Origin: Actinomycetospora sp.
GTDB taxonomy: Bacteria > Actinomycetota > Actinomycetes > Mycobacteriales > Pseudonocardiaceae
Length of the DNA stretch: 64,000 nucleotides
Assembly (NCBI RefSeq): GCF_036497245.1
Contig: NZ_DASXJS010000170.1
Coordinates: 3,799 to 67,798 of the forward strand
Direction of reading: 5' to 3'
Below, one piece after another: positions 57,884 to 64,000 of this stretch. The notes beneath the pieces are model-generated. The model ran no database searches. It was not told where the DNA came from and saw only the letters and a list, made by a program, of their open reading frames with translations. The position numbers were made by a program, and so were the translations under genes. Position 1 is the first letter of the stretch. Each line of letters opens with the position of its first letter.

Positions 57884-58201
57884 TCAGCAGCTCGGCGTGC
57901 TCTGGAGGGACCGGTCGGAGTTGCTCACGTAGTAGCTGGTGACGTAGCCGCCCGCGGGGCGGTTGATCCGGTACCAGACGGAGTGCCCGGACACGGCCTC
58001 GCCGCGGGTCCAGCAGCGCACGTCGACGCCGGTGCCCGGCTCGCCGAGCGTGCCGGTGACGGAGGCGGAGGTCGACGGGCCGGAGCGCACGTGCAGGCCC
58101 GGCACCGTCGTGCGCCCGCACCCGGCGAGCAGGAGGGCGAGGCCGCACCCGGACAGCGCGAGAACCATCAGGCGTCGCCGTCGGGGGTCACGCGTACACA
58201 C
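57884..58201 (-). CDS. Small lipoprotein with SH3b-like domain
   Basis: RRRR then LLLAGC lipobox; LHVRSGPST, V.C, WYRI, GYV; start uncertain. Confidence 0.7.
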   Translation of the reverse strand: MCTRDPRRRRLMVLALSGCGLALLLAGCGRTTVPGLHVRSGPSTSASVTGTLGEPGTGVDVRCWTRGEAVSGHSVWYRINRPAGGYVTSYYVSNSDRSLQSTPSC

Positions 58202-58301
58202 CCTCGAGTCCTGGTCGAGTGACACCCGAGCGTGTACCCCGGGTCACGCAAGGTCATGCCCTCACGCCGAGCGCAGATCCCCACGTGGTGAGGTGGTGGC
58301 C

Positions 58302-58499
58302 GTGGGCGTGACGGGACGGCGGGTACTGGCGGCGGTGCTCGTGGCGGCGGCGATCGCGTGGCTCCCGCTGAACCAGCCGGTGGAGGGTCCGAAGCTGCTG
58401 GTGCTATCCCGCAATCACGCCGTGACGACCGCGGACCTGCTCTCGGTCGTGCTCGTGCTGGTGGCGCTCTGGCTCATGTGGAGCACGAGGCGCCGGTAG
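58302..58499 (+). CDS. Small membrane protein
   Basis: TM-N.P.EGP.LL.LS..H..T.AD-TM pattern. Confidence 0.6.
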   Translation: MGVTGRRVLAAVLVAAAIAWLPLNQPVEGPKLLVLSRNHAVTTADLLSVVLVLVALWLMWSTRRR

Positions 58500-58689
58500 G
58501 GGGCGGCCCCGACGGCAGCGTGCGGCCGTGCAGTTCCCAGCCGGACCCGAGCCGACGCTGCCACCGCAGCGGCCCCTCCTGCTCCCAGGGGGCCTGCTTC
58601 CGCATGAGGATCTCCCAGGCGTATCCCTGCTCGTCCCACCACGTCCGGAGTGCCCGCCACATGCGCGTCCTCTGAGCCATGTCCGTCAT
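58474..58689 (-). CDS. Small Trp-rich hypothetical protein divergent from GlxA regulator
   Basis: 71 aa with 7 Trp; starts at edge of the TGGCAG operator region. Confidence 0.5.
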   Translation of the reverse strand: MTDMAQRTRMWRALRTWWDEQGYAWEILMRKQAPWEQEGPLRWQRRLGSGWELHGRTLPSGPPPTGASCST

Positions 58690-58698
58690 CGTCGAGCG

Positions 58699-58752
58699 TG
58701 GCAGCACGGCGAACGAGTGGCAGGAACGTCACCTTCGGATACATTGCTGCCA
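58699..58752. promoter_or_regulatory. AdpA/GlxA-type binding sites
   Basis: TGGCAG twice in direct orientation plus inverted CTGCCA; TGGCAGGAAC is close to AdpA consensus TGGCSNGWWY. Confidence 0.5.
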
Positions 58753-59726
58753 TGCACGTCGTCGCCGCTCCCGTCACCGACCACGCGCCGATGTTCGAGC
58801 TGTCGACCATCGTGGAGATCTTCGGCAGCGGGCGCGCCGCGTCGATGGGCATCCCCTGGTACGACCTGCGGGTCTGCGCGGGCGAGCCGGGCCCGGTGCA
58901 CCTCGGGGAGTGGGGTGTGCTCGACACGCGCCACGGCCTGGAGGCCCTCGAGATCGCCGACACCGTCGTCGTGCCGCCCCCGCACGACGAGCGGCGCTCG
59001 TTCCCGCCGGAGCTCCTCGAGGGGCTCCGGCGTGCCCACCGGCGAGGCGCGCGGATCGCCTCGATCTGTACTGGCGCCTTCATCCTGGCCGCCGCGGGGC
59101 TGCTCGACGGCAGGCCCGCGATCACCCACTGGAGCTCGCTCGACGATCTCGCGCGGCGCCACCCGGCGGTGCGCGTCCAGCCGGCGGTGCTCTACACCGA
59201 CGACGGCGACGTCCTCACCTCCGCGGGCTCGGCCGCCGGTCTCGATCTCTGTCTGCACCTGGTGCGCCTCGACCACGGCGCCCGGGTGGCCGGGACCGCC
59301 GCGCGCTGGAGCGTCGTGCCTCCGCACCGCGACGGCGGGCAGGCCCAGTACGTACCCGCGCCGGTCACCGAGCCGTCGTCCTCGCCGTTCGGTGCCTCGC
59401 TGGACTGGGCCCGCGAGCGGCTGGACCGGCCCGTGGAGGTGCGGGACTGGGCGCACGCGGCGGGCACGAGCCCGCGGACGTTCGCGCGTCGTTTCCGCGA
59501 CGCCACCGGGGAGACGCCGCTGCAGTGGCTCGCCGCGGAACGGGTGCGCCGCGCCCAGGAGCTGCTCGAAGGCACCGACCTGCCCGTGGAGGCGGTGGCC
59601 GCGCGCTGCGGCTTCGTCACGGCCGCCGGTCTGCGCAAGCACTTCGGTCGCCGCGTGGGGACGACGCCCCAGCAGTACCGACGGACGTTCCGGGCCGCCC
59701 ACGACGACGATCGGGTCGCGAGCTGA
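58752..59726 (+). CDS. GlxA/FtrA/AdpA-family AraC regulator (DJ-1 domain)
   Basis: SICTGAF.LAAAGLLDGR..THW, TSAG.AAG.DLCL, RDGGQAQY, HTH. Confidence 0.93.
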   Translation: MHVVAAPVTDHAPMFELSTIVEIFGSGRAASMGIPWYDLRVCAGEPGPVHLGEWGVLDTRHGLEALEIADTVVVPPPHDERRSFPPELLEGLRRAHRRGARIASICTGAFILAAAGLLDGRPAITHWSSLDDLARRHPAVRVQPAVLYTDDGDVLTSAGSAAGLDLCLHLVRLDHGARVAGTAARWSVVPPHRDGGQAQYVPAPVTEPSSSPFGASLDWARERLDRPVEVRDWAHAAGTSPRTFARRFRDATGETPLQWLAAERVRRAQELLEGTDLPVEAVAARCGFVTAAGLRKHFGRRVGTTPQQYRRTFRAAHDDDRVAS

Positions 59727-59877
59727 TAGGCCGTTCGCCGCTCGTTCGCGACCATTGACCGCATATGGCGGTCGCAGTCGGATGCATGTACGCCTCATCG
59801 GGGGATGTCATGGCGACTGTTCGAGTGACCAGGTGCGCTCGATGTGACGCAGTGTCGGCGACGCAGGGGGTTGTCGG

Positions 59878-61545
59878 ATGGCCGAGACGGATACGACCGC
59901 AGCGGCGCGGTACCGGGCGAGCGGGGAGGAACCGACGCGGACGCCGGACATGCCCGGGCCGGCCTCGAAGCGCTCGCTGGTCGCGATCTCGCACGCGATC
60001 GAGTCGGCGGTGCTCCAAGGGCCGTGCGAGGAGCCGACCGTGGTGGTCGCGCTCTTCCAGCGCCTCGCCTACTTCACCCGCGAGCGCGCGGTCTACGAGC
60101 GCCTCGCGCGATCCGGGGTCCGCGTCGTCGTGGGCTTCAGCGACGGCGAGTCCCACGAGGTCGGGGAGGACGTCGAGTGCGTCACGCTCGACCCCCGGGA
60201 GCCGCTGGCCGACGAGTGGACCGTCATCGCCGTCGGGCCGGACGCGGGCGCCTTCCTCGTCGCCACCGACACCGGCGAGATCGACCCGACCGAGTACACC
60301 CTCGAGGCCGGGCGCTGGTTCATGGGCCGGTGGGGCTACTCGAAGGTGCAGGCGGCGAACGAGCTGGCCCGCATGCGGATCGCGCTGGGGGATCGCCTGC
60401 GCGCGGACACCACGCGCGCCATCGACGGTCTCCTCGCCCGGATCATGCCGCCCGGCGGTGCCGCGGCGGCGTCGCGGGGGACCGCGGGCGAGCAGTGGGC
60501 CACCGCGTCCCTGCAGCGCATGACGGCGCGGATGCACCACGCCCGCGCCGGGAGCCGGCGGCTGCGCGCCCAGCTCGCCGACGCACAGGCCGCCGCCGAG
60601 GCCCGGGCCGAGGCCAAGGTCGAGCAGCAGTCCGGCCTGCCCAGCCCCGAGTTCCTCGGGCGGTGGGCCGGCACGGACGGCCGGGCCAGCGCGCTGCCGA
60701 TCGGGCTGGCCGTGTTCGACATCGTCGGGCTGGAGGACGCCGAGAACCGCCACAGCCGCCGGACCGCGTATCACGCGGCGCGCCAGACGGCCGCCGCGCT
60801 GACCGAACCCCTCGGTCCCGTCGACGCCGCGGTGCGGATGTCCACGCGCGAGTTCGCGCTGATCGTGCCCGGCGCCTCGGCGGCCCACCTGACCCGCGTC
60901 GCCGCCGCGGCCGCCGAGCAGCTCGAGCTGTTCTCGCAGGGCTACCCGCACGTCGACCTCTCCGCGCGGGTCGCGACGACGGTGACGGTCGCCCGCCCGC
61001 TGCCCCTCGACGACCTGCACCTGGCGCTCGGGCACCCCGCGCACTCCGACCAGGCGCCGACCACGCTCTTCGGCGACGAGATCACCCTCGCGGACACCGG
61101 CGCGCTGGCCCGGATCGCGGCCGAGGCGGGGGAGGAGCCGTCGGACGAGGCGTCGACGAGCCGGTGGTTCCGGTCGCGTGACGGCGCCCGGCTCGACACC
61201 GTGCGGCTCCCGCGACTGCGGGTCGACGCGGCACCGCGCACCGACGGGTCGGCGGAGCCGGCGCCCGGTGCACCGAGCTGGGCCGCCACCCCGACGCCTC
61301 CGGAGGGCGCACCGGAGGAGAGCGCCGCCCCTGCCGGGGAAGCGACGCCCTCGACGGACGACGCACCGGAGGAGAGCGCCGACCGCGGTGACCTGAGCCC
61401 GCCGGTGTTCGACCTGCGAGGCCTGCCCGCTCCCACCGAGGATCGGATTAGCGGATCCTTGCCGCAGCGGTCGCCCCGTCCGGACCCGGCCGACGACGGA
61501 CGCCGCAACGGTCACGCCCACTCCGACGGAACAGCCGCTTCCTGA
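59878..61545 (+). CDS. DICT sensory domain + degenerate GGDEF-like domain protein
   Basis: SKR.LVAISHAIE, FQR...F, L..EW.V; RMSTREFALIVP at GGDEF position. Confidence 0.75.
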   Translation: MAETDTTAAARYRASGEEPTRTPDMPGPASKRSLVAISHAIESAVLQGPCEEPTVVVALFQRLAYFTRERAVYERLARSGVRVVVGFSDGESHEVGEDVECVTLDPREPLADEWTVIAVGPDAGAFLVATDTGEIDPTEYTLEAGRWFMGRWGYSKVQAANELARMRIALGDRLRADTTRAIDGLLARIMPPGGAAAASRGTAGEQWATASLQRMTARMHHARAGSRRLRAQLADAQAAAEARAEAKVEQQSGLPSPEFLGRWAGTDGRASALPIGLAVFDIVGLEDAENRHSRRTAYHAARQTAAALTEPLGPVDAAVRMSTREFALIVPGASAAHLTRVAAAAAEQLELFSQGYPHVDLSARVATTVTVARPLPLDDLHLALGHPAHSDQAPTTLFGDEITLADTGALARIAAEAGEEPSDEASTSRWFRSRDGARLDTVRLPRLRVDAAPRTDGSAEPAPGAPSWAATPTPPEGAPEESAAPAGEATPSTDDAPEESADRGDLSPPVFDLRGLPAPTEDRISGSLPQRSPRPDPADDGRRNGHAHSDGTAAS

Positions 61546-61569
61546 GCTCCGGGACGTGCCGGGCGCGGG

Positions 61570-62313
61570 TCAGTTCTCGGACGGGTCCGGCGTCGACCTG
61601 AGCTCGGCCAGCAGGCCGGCGAGCCCCTCCTCGGCCACCCGTCGGTCCAGCCCCAGCCCGGTCAGCACACCGTCGCCGTCCTCGTGGTCGAGCAGCGCGA
61701 GCAGGATGTGCTCGGTGCCCACGTGGTTGTGCCCGAGCCGCAGCGCCTGGCGGAACGTCAGCTCGAGGACCTTCTTGGCGGCGGCGTCGAACGGGATGAG
61801 CTCGGGCGGCGGGGTCTCGGCGGCCGCGGGCAGCGTGGCGGCGACCCGACGTCGCAGGGTCTCGGGCGCCACCCCCTGATCGGTCATCATCCGGACGGCG
61901 AGCCCCTCGGGCTGCGTGAGCAGTCCGAGGGCGAGGTGCGCGGGGAGGATCTCGAGGTTGCCTGCGGCGCGCGCCCCCGCCTGCGAGGCGACGACGACCT
62001 TGCGCGCCCGTGGGGTGAAGCGGCTGAAGCCCTGTTCGGGATCGAGGTCGGGTGTGGCGCCCTTCGGGACGAAGCGCTTCTGGGCTGCCTGCTTCGTGAC
62101 GCCCATGCTCTTCCCGATCTCGGTCCAGGACGCTCCGGAGCGCCGGGCCTGGTCGACGAAGTGGCCGATGAGGTGGTCGGCCACCTCGCCCAGGTGCTCA
62201 CCGGTGAGGACCGCGTCGGAGAGCTGGTCGAGGGCGTCGTCATGGACCGATGCGATCGCCCGGATGAGGTCGTCGAGCCGCACGGGGTTCGACATCGGTA
62301 GCGAGGTGCTCAT
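61570..62313 (-). CDS. clpC2: ClpC2-type protein (HTH + Clp repeat N-domain)
   Basis: PVRLDDLI...DHLIGHFVDQARRSGASW..IG.SMGVTKQAAQKRF, F.RFT.RA, LGHNHVGTEH. Confidence 0.88.
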   Translation of the reverse strand: MSTSLPMSNPVRLDDLIRAIASVHDDALDQLSDAVLTGEHLGEVADHLIGHFVDQARRSGASWTEIGKSMGVTKQAAQKRFVPKGATPDLDPEQGFSRFTPRARKVVVASQAGARAAGNLEILPAHLALGLLTQPEGLAVRMMTDQGVAPETLRRRVAATLPAAAETPPPELIPFDAAAKKVLELTFRQALRLGHNHVGTEHILLALLDHEDGDGVLTGLGLDRRVAEEGLAGLLAELRSTPDPSEN

Positions 62314-62314
62314 G

Positions 62315-62362
62315 CGTCCACTATGGGTTGACGGCGAGGCGTTCGTCAACCCCTAGTGGACG
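62315..62362. promoter_or_regulatory. 19-bp inverted repeat = two GTCAAC-N5-GTTGAC-like operators upstream of clpC2
   Basis: cgtccactatgggttgacg / cgtcaacccctagtggacg, 1 mismatch. Confidence 0.7.
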
Positions 62363-62521
62363 ATGTTGGCCCCGCCTGGCACCGTGATCAGGAGTTGTGC
62401 GGCGGAACGCGTCAGATCTGCGCTGTTCCGCCGCACGGTTCGTGATCATGGTCGGGGTGGCCGCGACCCGGGCCTGAGCGAGGCGCACCCGTCGGCCCGT
62501 GCTGATGCGCCGGCGATGCGG

Positions 62522-62563
62522 CGAACATGTTCGTCACGACGGTGTTCGTGGCGAACATGTTCG
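62522..62563. promoter_or_regulatory. Triple TetR-type operator array
   Basis: CGAACATGTTCG at 62522 and 62552, degenerate CGACGGTGTTCG at 62537; 15-bp period. Confidence 0.7.
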
Positions 62564-62579
62564 TTGTAGTGTCACCGAC

Positions 62580-63275
62580 GTGCCCCGTCCCGTCCCCGTC
62601 AGTCGCCGCGAGCGACCCGCCAAGTCGGCGCTGAGCCGCGAGGCCGTGGTCGCGGCCGCCGTCGAGCTCGTCCGCGATCTCGGTACCGAGCGCGTGACGA
62701 TGCGGCGGCTCGCGCAGGAGCTCGACACCGGCCCGGCCTCGCTCTACGTCTACGTCCGGGACACCGCCGAGCTGCACGCCGCCGTCCTCGACGTCTTCCT
62801 CGCCGAGGTCGACCTCGCCGCCGTCGGGTCCGACGGCGACTGGCGGGACCGGGTCTGGCGGGTGCTGGAGTCCTACGTCGCCGTGCTCTACCAACGGCCG
62901 GGTCTCGCCCGCGCCGCGATGGTGACCCACCCGAGCGGGCCGCACTACCTCGCGCTCGTCGACGGCCTGCTCGCGCTGCTCGCGGCGGGCGGCGTCCCGG
63001 CCGACCGCGCGGCGTGGGCGGTGGACGTGCTGCTCCTGGTGGCCACCGCGACGGCCGCGGAGCACGGCACCCGCGCCGCCGCACCGTCCGCCGAGGCCGA
63101 GGACGACGAGCTCGTCGCCGCCCTCACCGGGGCCGACCCGGCTGTTCACCCGCACATCGCCGCGCTCGGCCCCGACCTGTTCTCCGGGGCCGGTTCCGAG
63201 CGCACCCGCTGGTTCGTCGACGTCCTGCTCGCCGGCGCGACCGCCACCCCCCGCCCTCCGAAGGAGAACCCATGA
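62580..63275 (+). CDS. TetR-family regulator (TetR_C-like)
   Basis: LSREAVVAAA...TMRRLAQEL.TGPASLY.YV. Confidence 0.9.
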   Translation: MPRPVPVSRRERPAKSALSREAVVAAAVELVRDLGTERVTMRRLAQELDTGPASLYVYVRDTAELHAAVLDVFLAEVDLAAVGSDGDWRDRVWRVLESYVAVLYQRPGLARAAMVTHPSGPHYLALVDGLLALLAAGGVPADRAAWAVDVLLLVATATAAEHGTRAAAPSAEAEDDELVAALTGADPAVHPHIAALGPDLFSGAGSERTRWFVDVLLAGATATPRPPKENP

Positions 63276-64000
63276 GCACCACCGTCACCGTGATCGGCGC
63301 CGGCCTCGGCGGCCTGACCCTGGCGCGCGTGCTGCAGCGTCACGGCGTCCACGTCGCGGTCTACGACCTCGAGGCCGGCCCCGTCGCCCGTGCCCAGGGC
63401 GGCATGCTGGACATGCACGAGGAGTCCGGGCAGGCCGCACTGCGCGCGGCCGGGCTGTACGAGGCCTTCCGCTCGCACGTGCTTCCCGGCGGCGAAGCCA
63501 TGCGGATCCTCGACCGCGCCGGCCGGCCGCGCTGGATCGAGGAGGACGAGGGGAACGGCGGCCGTCCGGAGGTGCCGCGGGAGGACCTGCGCCGACTGCT
63601 CCTCGAGTCACTGGCGCCGGGCACCGTGCGGTGGGGCCGCAAGCTCGTCTCGGTGCGCCCGGTGCGCGGGGGCTGGCACGAGCTGACCTTCGCCGACGGC
63701 GAGGTGGTCGTCTCGACGGTGCTGGTGGGCGCCGACGGGGCGTGGTCGCGGGTGCGCCCGCTGGTCTCCGGGGCGCGGCCGTCCTACAGCGGCACGGCGT
63801 TGGTGACGACGCGCCTGTACGACGTCGACCGCGCCCATCCGGCGGCCGCGGCCGCCGTCGGGGGCGGGAGCATGATGGCGCTGGCCGAGGGACACGGGCT
63901 CCTCGCGCACCGCGAGCCCGACGCGACGATCGAGCTGTACGCCGCGCTGCACGCGGACGAGGCCGTTCTGGAGGCCGACGACCTGCGCGGCCTGCTGCTG
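63272..64000 (+). CDS. FAD-dependent monooxygenase, TetX-like family (3'-truncated by window end)
   Basis: Own translation from ATG 63272: VIGAGLGGLTLARVL, R.QGG.LD.H..SGQ.AL, RPEV.R..LR, VGADGAWSRVRP. Confidence 0.85.
   Translation, partial: MSTTVTVIGAGLGGLTLARVLQRHGVHVAVYDLEAGPVARAQGGMLDMHEESGQAALRAAGLYEAFRSHVLPGGEAMRILDRAGRPRWIEEDEGNGGRPEVPREDLRRLLLESLAPGTVRWGRKLVSVRPVRGGWHELTFADGEVVVSTVLVGADGAWSRVRPLVSGARPSYSGTALVTTRLYDVDRAHPAAAAAVGGGSMMALAEGHGLLAHREPDATIELYAALHADEAVLEADDLRGLLL

Noticed and set aside
62522-62563. LexA SOS boxes
   Set aside because: CGAAC-N2-GTTCG; the actinobacterial SOS box has an N4 spacer, and the position before a TetR gene favours a TetR operator
1-64000. Many long Arg/Pro/Gly-rich ORFs in the six-frame track (e.g. 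1870-4833 -, 22579-25863 -, 43783-46038 +, 59617-61521 -)
   Set aside because: Shadow frames of real genes in high-GC DNA; no motifs, and they overlap well-supported CDS
1-64000. CRISPR array, tRNA, rRNA, riboswitch
   Set aside because: No regularly spaced repeats with unique spacers and no recognisable RNA gene by eye; a covariance-model search was not possible

Overview
High-GC actinobacterial chromosomal segment (probably Pseudonocardiaceae-like; inferred from gene content such as ClpC2, Lsr2, DUF222-HNH, mycothiol-dependent isomerase and WXG/YxxxD proteins). About 60 CDS can be supported; I saw no rRNA, tRNA or CRISPR array. Blocks in order: PP2C phosphatase; HepT/MntA toxin-antitoxin; a GAF-PucR-regulated SDR/cyclase/Zn-thiol alkyltransferase (XecA/MetE-like) operon; an orphan TPR membrane protein; a flavin monooxygenase/hydrolase/AraC unit; a type VII secretion substrate cassette that appears triplicated and partitioned (the same 37-bp promoter-like motif occurs at 17732, 19487 and 27015) and is interrupted by a DUF222-HNH element and by a DmdA-like demethylase + MTHFR + dimethylglycine oxidoreductase + ETF operon; a surface-glycan cluster carrying a LicC-like cytidylyltransferase fused to a CobD-like PLP enzyme plus LicD; then mixed genes (MscL, DUF4185, mini-Lsr2, DUF559, two-component system, DICT/degenerate GGDEF, clpC2, TetR with TetX-like monooxygenase). 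The best candidates for undescribed biology are the DmdA-like methylamine/betaine demethylation operon, the partitioned T7SS cassette, and a kinase-free phospho-aminoalcohol glycan decoration module. All family assignments come from motif recognition by eye, not from database searches.
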